A stretch of 63,056 bases of DNA, filler included, from Octopus bimaculoides (lineage: Eukaryota), in assembly GCF_001194135.2 (NCBI RefSeq). It is 5 parts of 5 records of this genome, joined end to end, with 100 filler letters (N's around TTAATTAATTAA, not from the genome) between each part and the next. Parts side by side here need not be neighbours in the genome. Positions count along the whole stretch, not along the records: positions 1 to 20,022 come from NC_068987.1; 4 more parts are not named here. The stretch is one strand, 5' to 3'. The position numbers were made by a program, and so were the translations under genes. Within the stretch, counting starts at the first letter, position 1; every line of letters begins with the position of its first letter. Positions 1 through 13,469 of this stretch are shown here, piece after piece. The notes beneath the pieces are model-generated. The model did not search any database. It worked only from the letters and a program-made list of their open reading frames with translations, and had not been told where the DNA came from.

Positions 1-242
1 CTGCCCTAGTGCCCATAGCAATTCCGGATTTTTGTCGGTAGAAAGTATTGTCAAACATGAAGTGGTTGTTTCGTAAGATGAATTCAACCGATTTAGTAAT
101 GAATTCTTTACTGATCCTGTTTGGGATTTCTTTCGGGAATTGATCCAGCCAGAATTGAATTGCCTCAAGTCCATAATTATGAGGTATACTGGTGTATAAA
201 TTAATCACGTCAAGTGAGACCATGATTGTTTCTTCCTTGACT
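1..242 (-). mobile_element. Penelope-like element reverse-transcriptase fragment, running off the window start
   Basis: Open frame VKEETIMVSLDVINLYTSIPHNYGLEAIQFWLDQFPKEIPNRISKEFITKSVEFILRNNHFMFDNTFYRQKSGIAMGTRA contains the PLE RT motifs SLDVxNLYT-IPH and YxQxxGxAMG. Confidence 0.85.
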
Positions 243-261
243 TTCTATATATATATATATA

Positions 262-430
262 TATATACGACAGGCTTCTTTCAGTTTCCGTCTATCAAAT
301 CAACTCACAAGGCTTTGATCGGCTCGAGGTTATAATAAAAGACACTTTCCCAAGGTACCACACAATGGGACTGAACCCGGAACCATGTGGTAAGGAAGCA
401 AACTTCTTACCACACAGACACACCTATGCC
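262..430 (-). mobile_element. SINE family A (tRNA-like head), 5' part
   Basis: Reverse complement of the head seen in the full copy at 30118-30552. Confidence 0.85.
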
Positions 431-624
431 TTATATTTAGATATATAGAGGCAAATAATTGGATGCATATATACGTGCGTGCGTATGGACGTATTTACGT
501 ACTTATCCGTACGCGTACGAACACACTTCTGTTTGTATGCATGTGCGTAGTCTCTTTCTCGTTTAATTATTTGAGTCTTGCCTACAGTGAAGGAGTTAAG
601 TCTAATAAAACCTTATAGATGTAA

Positions 625-2030
625 TTTGGATAGGATAAAACTCGCCGTTGTTACATATTTAACTTTAGAAGAGTCTTGCATTGTTTTACTGTTCCATTGA
701 CAGATTGTATTTCTAAAGTGCGTATTAGCTGATACCTTTCTTTGCCTGAAAGCCCTAACTATTGCAGAATGTCACTTAAAACATATATTAACATAACCAA
801 GTGCAGCAATGATGATTGGTTATAAAAATGAATTTATAGTCACGATGGAGAAACTACAAGTCTCGAAGCAGATGTCTATAAATATTCTCATTCTGACTGA
901 TTTTGAAGGAGATGTTCATATCTGCTGAACAGTTAACTTTTGTGACTATAAGACTTATCTTTTGCCTCAAACAACTATATGATGTCTGCTAAATTTTGCT
1001 CTGAGAGGAGGTTTTGACAGGAACGTTCCACCAATATTCCATATGTTTATATGATTGCATGTATTCAGCAACAGAGGTATTGCCATGTTTATCCTAGAGC
1101 AGCCCTTCCTTCGGAGCATTATATATTATTTCGTAACAATACCTTGCTGCAGTTGGAAGCTATCCCGTGTTAACGCTTTTACACAGCTACTTGATTCCAA
1201 ATATATCTTGTCTCAGAAATGGTATATAATAGACATTTTCGATTGCATCTTAGCAGTAAAGGCTTCACTGTCTCTTTGTTCATTAAGTATTTCGTAACTG
1301 TCTCGTGTTCTTCTATTAATGAGAATAACCCTTCAAATGTGATGTGATGTAAGGTTCAGGAGTCCAAAAAAGGCTACGCTTCATGTTAATATTAGCAATA
1401 TCCTGAAATTTACAGGAAATATTCGGATGTATTACATTTTTGTAGTATGCAAAGTTTTTTTTACCCAAGTCTTTGCTGAGGCAATTTTGAGGTCAAATGG
1501 GAAGTCATCAGCAAATCGAGTCGTCTAATGGTTAGGGTGTTGCACTCACGGTCATAAGATCGTGATTTTGATTCACAAAGTGGGTGGTGTTTTGTGTTCT
1601 TGCGCAAAGCACTTCATTTCGAGTTGCTTTAGTCCACTCCGCAATAGCTGGAAAGTCAACTCCGCAATAAAATAGCTGGAAAGTCAACCATGAGACGAAA
1701 CAGCGTCCTGTTCTGTGGCAGTTTTATAATCTCACTTGTTCTCCATAGCAACCGGATTAAGTTCAGGCCTTATGAGTCCTAGGACTCATAACAGACTAAA
1801 TGGGATATTGTTTTCTTCACTTTTGAGCACCTTGTTATTGTATATAATTTTGCTATTGTCGTTTAAGAAACGTCTGATTGATATCATACGACACTCAAAA
1901 GCTGGTTACACGCCTCCTTCTTCCACTTCTTTCTAAAACCGATCTTGCCAATACCACTGTTTCTGCGGGAGCTTGCAGTTAACGTCAGAATCTTGTAGGT
2001 TTTAATATATCTATAAAACGGATTTCATCT
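625..2030 (-). mobile_element. Decayed R4/Dong-like (restriction-like endonuclease) non-LTR retrotransposon, 3' part, copy 1, interrupted by a SINE-like insert at about 1505-1700
   Basis: Frameshifted peptides EYWWNVPVKT, PIIIAALGYV and a C-terminus LIRTLEIQSVNGTVKQCKTLLKLNM* are typical of RLE-type LINE ends. Many stops. Clade assignment is by motif recall. Confidence 0.65.
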
Positions 2031-2099
2031 ACATGCCTGTCAAGTATCCAAAATGTCGGTATCAGTACTGCTGTCGATACCGACATTTTGGATATACAT

Positions 2100-3470
2100 T
2101 GTCTTCCAAGAGGAGAGCTCCAACAGTCATGCATTTTAAAGACAGATATATAGATGTATGAACTTATTTATTATTAGTGATAACTGTAATAAATGATAAT
2201 CTATAACTTGATAGATGAGCTGTAAAATATAGATAACCTCTTTTGTCCACTTTTAGATGAGACATTCACATTCCCTGGGTAACTAACCGCTACAACAGTG
2301 CATGACTTTTATTCCTAATTCCATATCTAACCTATTGTGTTTACTCAAGGTTCTTGGATTTTTATTGAAAAATTTCACCAGTATTCTATAATTTTAAACG
2401 CTTGGCTACAATCTGTTTCTGGCATGGCACCAGGACAACCCTTTCTACGGATAACATCCTAAATGCTTTTAGTGATAATATACTGTCTCATAAGTAATTA
2501 GTATCTTGCGGATATTTCAGAGCAACTGCTGATAATGTTGGTTGTATCTCCCACATTAGTATCATACAATCAGCATTTTCTATCACAGGAGGTGGTTTAA
2601 AGGCATCCTTATCTCTCTTGTGGAACAAGTATTTAACAGATAACTCCTGTCACTGAATAGCAAAATATCCTTCTAGGTTGAATGGGATATTTATATTACA
2701 AGTCCAGAAAACCCGCTCTTCGTGTAAAAGTTGTTCCTTTCCTCTAGTTTTAGAGATATGTACCCACTTGTAATTTTCTCTTGGTATGACATGTGTTTCT
2801 CCTCTAAATTTCTGTTTGTAAAGGTTACTCCTGCTACTCTTGGATTACATGGAGCTCAGAGTATCTTTTCAATAGTTCTTCATTTCCTAAATAACATGAT
2901 ACGGCGCGCAAAAGCCGTCTGGATTGATTTTGTGTCTGTCTTTATCTCTCTGCTTAGCATAGACTTAGTCTGTATCATTGTTGATGTGAAGTTGTCAGTG
3001 GTAGTTAATAACATTTTAGAATCTCTTCACTTAAGTCCAGTTTTGAATCTTAGGTGTTACCTCCAGCACTGGCACTACAAAAGCCTTATGAGAGATGGCC
3101 TTATTAAATGCAGACAAGCCAAGCTTCAATGCCTTCCGAAGTCTGCTGAAGTTTTCCTTCGTCACTCTAGCTTTACTTTCTTAAACGATGTATGCAATAT
3201 TCGAATCACTTCCGATATATTTGTAGGAATACCTATATTCTTTGCCTAATCAACAATCTTTCTTCAATTAATTACCGGATATGAACATTTATCTCGAGCA
3301 ATCTCCACTCGAAAATGTTGTGACTAATTATGTCTCTTGGTGTTGCAAATGTTACCTAAATACAGCTTTAGGCCATCGAAAAAACAATTGTGTGATATTA
3401 ATTCTTCTCTCTTGTATGCATTCTAATATTTAGCTTTGTCATTTCCTCAACATGGCTCACAAGGGATTCA
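2100..3470 (-). mobile_element. Decayed R4/Dong-like retrotransposon, copy 2 (RT end, zinc-knuckle and endonuclease remnants)
   Basis: Peptides NITQLFF-DGLKL (cf. HLFFVDDLKLY), YKYIG, LSAFNKAISHKAFVVPVL, NIISSCSEISARY and EYW*N...VKHNRLD. Confidence 0.7.
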
Positions 3471-4469
3471 CTACCACGCGCGGCGTGGTGACTTCAGTAT
3501 TTAATGAGCAAAGAATGGCAAACACTTTATAGTCTAGATGTATAGTTGTTAATAGACTTCGGCGATAATACTCTGCATCCTGAAAGACAACTCTGTTGAT
3601 GATAAGCTGGTCGTCACAGCTTTAAAGTCTTTTCCCCCTGCCGGTTCAGTCACCACTATTTCGCAGTAACATTGAATAAACACATTCAAACAACCTGTGT
3701 AGAGCATATAAATAACATTTAAATTCTACCGATAATGAGCAGACACATCAAGTTCGGCGTCTATTGTTTTTGAACAGGCTCATGTCCCTGTCGAACATGA
3801 GTTTTCTATATTAATAACTGACTTTGGGATCATTCCCAGGTAATTTTCTATTCTGCAAGAGTTTTCATAGCGTGAACCTCGACGAGGTTTGATCTGCAAG
3901 AAATAGCTGCCAAATCTTCCTCAAATCACACCTACTGAGTCATAATGTAAGCCCTATTTTATCCCAAAATAAAAAGGTGAGGTGGTTACAGATAGACTGT
4001 TTTAATGAACATATCTAGTAAATCAAGGTTAACCAGTTCGAAAACTCAACAACAACAACAACAACAGTAACATTACAGAACTACGAAATATGTAGCCTAT
4101 CTAAGGCGGCATAAGTATTTTCATTTCACTAACGATCTCATATATTTTAGGAGAGACGTCTGAATTGTACTCTCTGTGTAGCGTTATTGTACCATATTAT
4201 ATCACACATGTGCTGCTTATTTTTATCTTCGATTCAACTTCAGATCCTCCCAAGGAAGAGCATTTATATACATGATTCTATGGCCTGTCATGCTGCGTTA
4301 TATGGTTTGCCAATTTAATGCAAATTTACTAATAACAATCATATTTGATTTATCGTTCATAGTTCGTGTATATAGATACGAGCAATTAAATTTTATCAGA
4401 ATTTCTGAGAACAGGCTCTATCATTATCATACACTGAATGTATTCGGACTATGGTCATTATATTGGTTG

Positions 4470-5010
4470 TTGTAATCACAACGTTTCAGTTGTCTACACC
4501 CCAATCTACTAGCGCTCTTCAGGTGCCTGATGGATTCGGCCGCGTTCTCGGAATTTCAAGCCGAACCCTTTATTAAATCCAGTGTCGAAGGTTGTTCTTA
4601 TTCCATTGCCCATACCAAGGATAGTCTCTTGTCACCAGAGCATATATTGCTTGATTGATCTTCGGACAGAACACACGCTCACTAGCTAAACTATTCCACT
4701 TAACCTACATCAAATCAGTAGATTTACTATCGTCTCTTATCATAGTTTCTTGTAAATAGAAATCTACTCTTTACTCGTTCTATATAACTGATCCAGGAAT
4801 CTTCCCAACCTTTTCCCAGATCTGTAAGCAATCTTGATTCATATAAAGAATCCACTGTAACGCCTCTCAAGTTCAGACACTAGTTTTGCCATGGGGCTTA
4901 ATGTAGTATTGATTATAATATTATTTATCAGTATAATTTTACCACTTGATTACTGCTATAAACTTCTCTAAAAATTCCGTTTTGAATTTATCCAGAGACG
5001 TTAATTATTC
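4470..5010 (-). mobile_element. Probable Penelope-like terminal region with a degenerate hammerhead-like motif at about 4478-4525
   Basis: Minus strand reads cac-CTGAAGA...GAAACGTT-gtg, but stem II is poorly formed. No clear protein homology. Confidence 0.35.
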
Positions 5011-5287
5011 TTGTCTTCATTGCTATGGTTCCTGACTTCTTTTCATGGAAAATGATTTTTTTTTTTTTTTTTTGCATGAAAGAATGGTCTCCTATACAAA
5101 TCTGACTTACGTCATCGTTATGTATGTATGTGTGTGTGTATGTATGTGTGTGTGCGTGTGTGCTTAGAAATTCCGGGTAAGTGTACGGCATGCTCTAAGC
5201 ACACGGAATGAATAAAAGTACCCTCAATTTTTGTTAAAACATGTTTCTAAATGCACGCCATTCAAATATAAAATCTGTTCTATATGA

Positions 5288-5480
5288 CACACACACACCC
5301 CCACACACACACACATACACACACTCACACACACACTCACACACACACTCACACACACACTCACACACACACTCACACACACACTCACACACACTCACAC
5401 ACACACTCACACACACACTCACACATGCACGTATGCACACATACACACATACATACACACATACATATATACATACATAC
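5288..5480. repeat. (CA)n / (CACACACACT)n compound microsatellite
   Basis: Direct inspection. Confidence 0.95.
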
Positions 5481-5599
5481 TTTATATATATAAGAGGTCT
5501 ATTTGTGAGCGTGGTCATGTGTTTACATATGTGTATCTATATGTGTGCGTATTTGTGCGTGTGTAAAGAAAGATAACAGAGTGTTGTAATATGCTTGAA

Positions 5600-5800
5600 G
5601 CATTATGGAATATATGAAAACAACGAACTCCTGCATTTTTCAAGGATCAAGAACAAGGTTATCACAAGAACGTCGAGGTTATCATAAAAGCTGAAGATTG
5701 TAATCTCGGTAACCTGCATATAATAGAAGCCATTCTGATAAAATTAAAACCAACAATTGACAACCGACAAGAATTTAATGAGTGTGAATAGATACTGTAA
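5600..5800 (+). mobile_element. Possible GIY-YIG endonuclease C-terminal remnant (Penelope-like)
   Basis: Peptide NLHIIEAILIKLKPTIDNRQEF resembles the LxIxEAxLIxxxxPxLNxQxE end of PLE endonucleases. Confidence 0.45.
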
Positions 5801-7238
5801 ATCTTGTGCATCACAATACTTGCCTAAATTCTCCCTCGCATGTATATCACTGTACCCTACTACAGCCATGTTACAGAATTTCACCCATCCACCTTCTCCG
5901 TCCGATATTCCCGGGAAGGTCGCTGAAGCACAGTCCTCGGCCACATAAGGTCTTGTCAAGCAACCGTCATTTAATTTTCCAACTGGATTCCCAAGCGTGA
6001 CCAACTGAGATTATTGATATTATCCGACCACCTCGTTCTTGAGCCACACCTAGGCCACATGCCTGTCGGCTAGGCTTGAAGAATCCGTCGTTTTGCGATT
6101 CTTTCCTACGATTCTTTTTTACGATTCTTTCTTGCGGTTCTTTCTTGCGACATTCTGATCACAACTCCATAGTACCAAATCTGTGGCCTCTCAATGCGGA
6201 GAAAAAAGCAGCTCGACCTGAAGAGGCTCCCTGATCTTCGAGCTACGCAACCTGCCGAGTAACGTTACAACAGAGATCATTCGTAGGAATCCCATTTCGG
6301 TTGCTTGTGCTTGCGATCGTACTCTTTCGGTCATTACTCAACATTCATGACCGTAGATGAGGAATTCGAAAACCGAATTAAATATAGCGTGTTTGACATC
6401 TTTACCAACCTCTCCTCTGCTGAGGATCGAATGCTGGAACTAACACATTATTGTGCCAGCACCAGTAATTCTAGCATCCGATTCAGCCTTATCCCTTCAT
6501 CGCGTGAATACAGCCCACTTGTCTCAGCGATATTTCACTACTACAATTTACAACCCCAAACCTATCGCTCCGAGCATGGGTGGTAATTTTAATATCAGAA
6601 GCAAACATTTGACGCGTCAACATAACGGATATATGATTTATATCATTTCATCAGTTTCTTTAAACCCTTTTAACTCGAAATATCAGGACGAATTACATAT
6701 TTCTAATCCCGTTGAGAATAACCAAAACCAATTCATGTAATAACTTGGTTAGAGAATAGAATAAATGATAGATGGGCTTAGTGTTTTCTCTCTTACATTA
6801 CAGATTTCGCCACTGCCTTCAAAATAAAAAGTAAACCAGGTTAGCACAATTCTTGTGATGTCGTGCGTTTCGGGACTAGTAGATCAATGGTACTGTGTCG
6901 TACAAGAAATTTTAATGTTCTATCGGCTTTACAATCGCCATCCATAATGCACCGATTATATGTGTGTCCGAGCGGGAAATATACCTGTGCGTATGTGTGC
7001 CTGCTTGTACGTCGCTGACAAGGCACAAGACCGAAATGCATCTGGCGATATCGATAACCGCTGCAGATATAGTTTTTAGTCTCACTCCGATATATATTGT
7101 GTTTGTAACACAGCACGTCCATAAGATTACTTTATCTCTGACGAAAACTGTAGTAACGTGCCTCTCAACGATATATCTGCATTTCGTATGATACATAGCT
7201 GGCTATTTTAACTTAATACTGCTTCAGTTATGTACACC

Positions 7239-7243
<5 letters not shown>

Positions 7244-7282
<39 letters not shown>

Positions 7283-7554
7283 GTGTCTGTGTGTATTATA
7301 TGTACACATACACACATTCATGCCTACAAACATATATATATATATGTATGTATATAAATATATGCATACATGCATGCATACATGCATGCATACATAATAC
7401 ATACATACATACATGCATGCATGCATACATACATACATACATACATACATACATACTTACATACATACATGCATAAACCTAGACATTACAATCTTAATTC
7501 ACCTAAAATGCAGAATTCCCAGGTTACCGCTGAAAGATACAGTCAGACACATAA

Positions 7555-7620
<66 letters not shown>
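7244..7620. repeat. Compound microsatellites (GT)n, (TACA)n, (GATA)n
   Basis: Direct inspection. Confidence 0.95.
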
Positions 7621-7919
7621 CTCACAGTGTCAATCAGTGTCTAAAGAGATTATTCAAAGTAGGGCAATAGAGGAAATAATAAATATTTATTAAATAAATA
7701 TATTAAATATTTATTTGAAAGCCACCATTTTGTTTTCCCTTTAATAGTTTTCTTTTTACTTTCTTTGTTTGTTTGTTTGTTTGTTTTTTGTTTCACTGAC
7801 GTTGTTCTTGATACTGATCTTGTTTTTGTTGTTATTCTTGTTGTAGTTGCTGTTTCTGTTATTGCTATTGAGAATATTGTTGTTTATATAATAATTGCGA
7901 ATATTTTTATTTGAATCGT

Positions 7920-8570
7920 TCGAGCATTGTTTTGGCAGAACAGTGAGAGCGTCGGAAAATACTACAAATACTTTGTAATATTTGTTCTGGATATTTATAT
8001 TCTGCGTTCAGATGCCACCGAGATCAGCTCTGCCTTTTGAGGTCGATAATCTAAAGCCTAGTACTGAGGGAAGGGGTCGATGATAACAACAAATCACACA
8101 TCCTTCAAAATTGCTGTCTTTGAGCCTAAATTGGAAACCATTATCATTATTATCATCGTCTTCATTAAAGATGGCGAGCAAGCAGAATCGTTAGCGTGTC
8201 AAACATAATGCTAAGCGGCATTTCGTCCATTTTTAAGTTCTGCGTTCAAATTCCGCCGAAGTCGACTTTGCCTTTCTTCATTTCGGGATCGCTAAAATAA
8301 GTACCACTCAAGTGCTCTTCTCAAAAACTGCTGGCTCTGAGCCAAAATTTGAAACCATTATCATCATCGTTATCCGTGGTGCATCGGACAAAATGCTGGG
8401 TTGCATTTCTTCTGGTTCTTTACGTTCTGAGTTCAAATCCCACGGAAATCAACTTTGCCTTTAGTCCTTTCGGGGTGGATAAAATAAAGTACTAGTCAAG
8501 TACTGTAATCTACTCGGCCCCTCCCCTCAAAATTACTGCACTTGCCACAAAATTAGAAAAGAAATAATCA
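7920..8570 (+). mobile_element. Cluster of degenerate SINE family C copies (ggcgagctggcagaa...gagttcaaatt...gactttgccttt)
   Basis: At least three partial copies share the head and core of 15315-15545. Further copies lie at about 10612-10930 (-), 11632-11800 (+), 20690-21090 (-) and 39845-40070 (+). Confidence 0.75.
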
Positions 8571-8664
8571 TTATCATTATCATCATCATCACAATGGTGG
8601 AAAGGAAAAGGTGTGCTGGTCGTGGTGGTAATGATAAGGATGATGGTTGTGGAGATGGTATTGA

Positions 8665-8698
<34 letters not shown>

Positions 8699-8825
8699 GA
8701 TGATGATGATGATGAGGATGAGGATGATGATGATGACGATGATGATGGTGATTTCAAGGTATAATTGGTTGTCTATGTTTTCTAAATTGCTCAATCATTT
8801 ATTGGTGCTGAATAGTTTTGTATGT

Positions 8826-8913
<88 letters not shown>

Positions 8914-9304
8914 TAAGTTTTATTCTTGTTTACTGTTTGTGTTCCAGAGGGATTATGAGATGTTTGGGGGAGGAAGGAGCGAGATTAAACTATCAAAAAT
9001 TGTCAATGCTATTTAATTTTATTATTGATGCTATTCATCTAGTTACTGTTGCTAATGTTGTTGTTGTTGTTGTTGTTGTTGTTATCACTGTTGACACTGT
9101 TCTTAGTGTTGCTGTGTTTTGCTGATGTTGTCATTGTTGTTGTTATTAATGTTGTTATTGTTGTAGACGTTGATGTTGTTACTCTTGCCGTCGCTACTGT
9201 CGTTGTTGTCGAGGTTCTTCTTGTTGCTGCGGCGAGCTGGCAGAATCGGCTAGTTTCTTCCCTTAAAATTTCAAGCCTTGTGCCTTCAGTAGAAAGGATT
9301 ATCG

Positions 9305-9368
<64 letters not shown>
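8560..9368. repeat. Low-complexity tract: (GAT)n, (TC)n, (GTT)n, (ATT)n
   Basis: Direct inspection. Source of several spurious ORFs. Confidence 0.95.
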
Positions 9369-9370
<2 letters not shown>

Positions 9371-9469
9371 TTGCTGTGAAACACGTCGGACGTGTTTTCG
9401 AACGCTCCAAGTAAGTCCAGTTCAAAATATTTATTTGCACCAGGATTGGTGTCCTTTTGCAATAATTAT

Positions 9470-10612
9470 TTTATTCCAAGTTGTGAATAGAACCACCAGG
9501 AACCTGTACTGGTTTTTTTCATGGTTGTGCAGCCCCCAGAGGGGTGGTTTTCGGCCCACCAATCCCGAACCGCTCGACGCTTTGAGGGCACCTTGGAAGG
9601 GCACCTTTTTCCCTTACAAATTCACAAGCCTACAGGCACATTATTAGAGTAAGTCCACTCACACGGGCCATTTTCGTTACATTCACCCACTTTTTGGCAA
9701 ATGTACTGGTGGGGGAAGCACTTCTCTCTGCACCCTCATCTTCCTTTCCAAGGGAAACTTGAAAAAGTTGATGTCGAATTGGCCGAAGAGAAAAGTGCCA
9801 GTCTTCAATCCTTTCAAACAGATCCACTATACAACCTCTTTCGCTCCTGCTATCAAAATTGCCTGCCCTTCCTCACCAATGTAAGGCGGAAAATCGATCT
9901 TCACTATGGACTCGGCCAATAGCCGGATCCATCCTACACATGATAACAGCTGTTCAACATAACTCTATAAGTCAGTAATGCAAGGACGATGGACGAGTGC
10001 GTGCAGAACAGTTTCATCGCTCTGCGCGCTTCTCGGGCAGGTCCATCTGACAGTACTTCCGTGCCTGTAAAGTTTATCTCGAACCAGTAGTGCCTCGTGG
10101 TAGCACTACCAAGCTAGGGATTTCTGGAAGTTATCCATCGTTCCCGGCTCGAAAGTCCTCCGGAACAGGCTGCTTAGTTCGACTTCGTGCACGTCCAGTA
10201 CCTCTCCAGGTGCGTCATCGCCCTTTCCCTCTACTAACCCTCTATAGAACTCGAGAGTAGATGTTCCACTGATCGCATTGCCCGCCTGCTGGAGGGCAGT
10301 GAGTGCCTGACACCATTCCAGATGCCAGTCATCCTGTCTCGGTGTCTTCTTGACCCAGAGCTGTAGGACAGTGAAGAAAATGAGCTGGGGAAAGGCCCGG
10401 TTGACAAATGGCGACCACACCTATTCACCGTTTAGGCAAAATATCTGGAGATGCCGCTGCCTCAGCGTATGTCTACGCATCATTAGCCACGGCATGTCCA
10501 GCCCTCCACGTAGAGGATGTTGGCAGCAGATGGACCGCCTCACCAATGGAACCTCTCCCCTCCACAAGAATATGAAGAGGAGGCGCTCAAACTTGGCAAG
10601 GCGCGAACAGGG
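9470..10612 (-). mobile_element. 5'-truncated L1/Tx1-like LINE ORF2 3' fragment with zf-RVT/CCHC remnant
   Basis: Reads LAKFERLLFIFLWRGEVPLVRRSICCQHPLRGGLDMPWL... then SLAW*CYHEALLVRDKLYRHGSTVRWTCPRSAQSDETVLHALVHRP, with few stops. Confidence 0.85.
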
Positions 10613-10925
10613 GTCGGAATTTGAACTCAGAACGTAATGACAGACGAAACGCCGTTAAGGATTTTTCCCGGATTAATAACGATTCTTCCAGATCCCCGCC
10701 TTAATTATAATGATAATTCTTTCTACTCAAGGCACAAGGCCTGAAATTTGAGGTGTGGAGTACGTCTATTGTATCGACCCCAGTACTCAACCAGCACTTA
10801 ATTCCAACCCGAAAGGATGAAAGGCAAAGTCGGCCTCGACGAAATTTGAACTCAGGACGTAAAGGTGGACGAAACGCCATTAAGCATTTTGTCCGGCTTA
10901 ATAACGATTCTGCCAGCTCGCTACC

Positions 10926-10985
<60 letters not shown>

Positions 10986-12479
10986 GCAATGCTATCAAGA
11001 CACCAACGTCCAAATGATTTTAATGAAATTTTCAAGGCAAAATAAAAAAAAAGCATGAAAAAATTCAGAAAAGAACATAAATATGATAAAATAACAACGG
11101 TAACATCGAAAACAACTACTAGGATAACGTAGAGTGGTCAAGGTAACTTACACGTGTCCCCTGATTAAGCTTTCATGAGCTGGTATAGTTTCAATCGATT
11201 ATAGCTCCACAAATTCTCATACAGTCATATGATGAACTAAGAAATAATTTATCAAATAATAGTATTTCTCTATAATATCCATTTTATTATAAACTTCTCA
11301 TGAGATATTATAGATTCAATCTAATATGGTTCCTTAATTTATAGTATGACTGTGATAATGAAGTACATAATTTATTTATTAAATAATATTTTTCTACAGT
11401 ATTCGTTTTATTCTTCATATGATAGTACAGATCAATCGAATGTAGCTTCGTAAATTGGAGTATAATTTTGTCAACGTAATCAATAATTAATTTACTGAAA
11501 AAATAATATTTTACTACGATATCCATACTATCATATTATCACAATGCAATGATAATTTATCAACATATTTCAGTTTGTTTCTTTTCGTTTGTTTCTTTAG
11601 TTTTCTTTCTACTATTTCAATACCAAATTAAGGCGGCGGTCTGACAGAATCGTTAGCACGCCAGGCAAAATGCTTAGCAGCATTACGTTCAAATTTCACC
11701 GAGGTCGATTTTGCCTTTCACCATACCGGAATCGATGAAACAAATGCCAATTGAGCATTGGCGTCGAAATTGCTGGCCTTGTGCCAAAATTTGAAACCAA
11801 TAATTCAATTGCAAATGTGATATATTTTTATTATTTTATGTGACTTTGGTCCTTCTTTCTTTACTCTATAATCTTATATTTGGAGACGGAAACATTTTTT
11901 TCAGCAGCACATTGAACACGATCCACAATCTCAAATTCCACATCTCAGCGCATGTTGTCTTTTGACCATCACACACACTGAACCAGTGTGCCAAAATAAT
12001 GGACGTATTTCTTTCTTGTACTCTTAACATTTTTAAAAAGGTTATATTATCCGAAAGTTCAAATCAAAAATTTCTTAGGTAACATTTCAATGTTTTCGGT
12101 AGTGTTATAACTGAGATTAAACAAAGCGTTATAGAAATTAATGGAATCGCCAATTCCATTAACTTCTATAACACTATTAGGTTTTTAACATTTCAGGCGG
12201 GAGGGTTTTTTTTTTTTCTTTTTTTTTCAACATTACGTTTCGATCGATCTGATTTCTGGTCATCATTAAGTATGTTATTCCTAGAAAGGATTCGAACTAA
12301 GAACTATTATTTCAAAATAAATTCCATTTTTATCTACAGGCCAACGATGCTTGTACAAAAATTAGGTTAATTCTTCGATTAATTATGATCTTACTTAAAA
12401 AATAATTAATCCCACACATTTCGACAATTAGTCCGTCCACTGGCTCTACGAAAGAGATAAGAACATAGATTTATGAGTT

Positions 12480-13148
12480 TTTAGCTGCTGCTACTGCTGC
12501 TGCTGCTTAGATTTTGGTTGTTGTTGTTGTTGTTGTTGTTGTCATGTTAGTCGATTTGAGGTGATGGTTGTTGTGAGTGGTGGTGTTGGAAGTAGTGGCA
12601 GTGCTGATGCTAGTGGACCTGGTGACGCTGGTGATGATGCGGTGTAGGAGAAGAAATGGTGTTGAATGTAATGATTGATGTAATAGTGTTAGTGGTCGAG
12701 ATTATAAGTAATGGGGGATGAGGAATTGAGGGGGAAGAAACATGATTCATGTGAGTGGTAATGACGATGATGATGATAGTGATAATGAGAGTGATGGTTA
12801 CGGTGATGGTGTAGTAATAATAAAGGGGGTGGCGGCGATAAATTGCGCTGGAGGTGGCGGTGCTGGTGCTGGTGGTGACGGTGGTGATAGTATATAGTGG
12901 TTGTGGTAGTGGTAGTGGTGGTGATGAATTGTGTAGGCAGTAATGTTGGCGAGGATGGGGTTATGATAGTGTTGGTAATAGTAATGGCGGTGACGGTGAT
13001 GGTGATGATGGTGGTGATGCTAGTGATGGTAACATAGGCAGTAGTGCAAGGTGTTGGTTGTTGGTAGCGATTCTCGTAGTAATTAACGTTGGTGACGATA
13101 ACGGTGAAGGTAGTGGTGGTGGTGGTGGTGGTGGTGGTAGCGGCGGCG

Positions 13149-13196
<48 letters not shown>

Positions 13197-13260
13197 TTGC
13201 TGTTGGTGGTGGTGGTGGTGGTGGTGGTGGTGGTGATGATGACAGCGGTGGTGCAAAGTG
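12480..13260. repeat. Degenerate (GGT/GTA/GAT)n trinucleotide tract; similar tracts at about 17600-17710, 20360-20615, 21455-21615 and 54990-55675
   Basis: Direct inspection. Confidence 0.9.
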
Positions 13261-13469
13261 ATAACACACAGTAAGAAGGTAGTACCTACACCATAATTGT
13301 GAATGACAACAAACTAACAAGCTAATATCGTGTCACCGTTGTCATTTCCGTTTGTATCNNNNNNNNNNNNNNNNNNNNNNNNNNNNNNNNNNNNNNNNNN
13401 NNNNNNNNNNNNNNNNNNNNNNNNNNNNNNNNNNNNNNNNNNNNNNNNNNNNNNNNNNNNNNNNNNNNN

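Noticed and set aside
9379-9397. 9-bp inverted repeat aaacacgtc-g-gacgtgttt near the L1/Tx1 3' end
   Set aside because: Too short to distinguish from chance in 63 kb.
5234-13320. Poly-H/T, poly-I, poly-V, poly-S and poly-P ORFs, including a superficially mucin-like poly-Thr ORF at 12689-13267
   Set aside because: They are translations of microsatellites, open in several frames and on both strands, with no splice or domain support.
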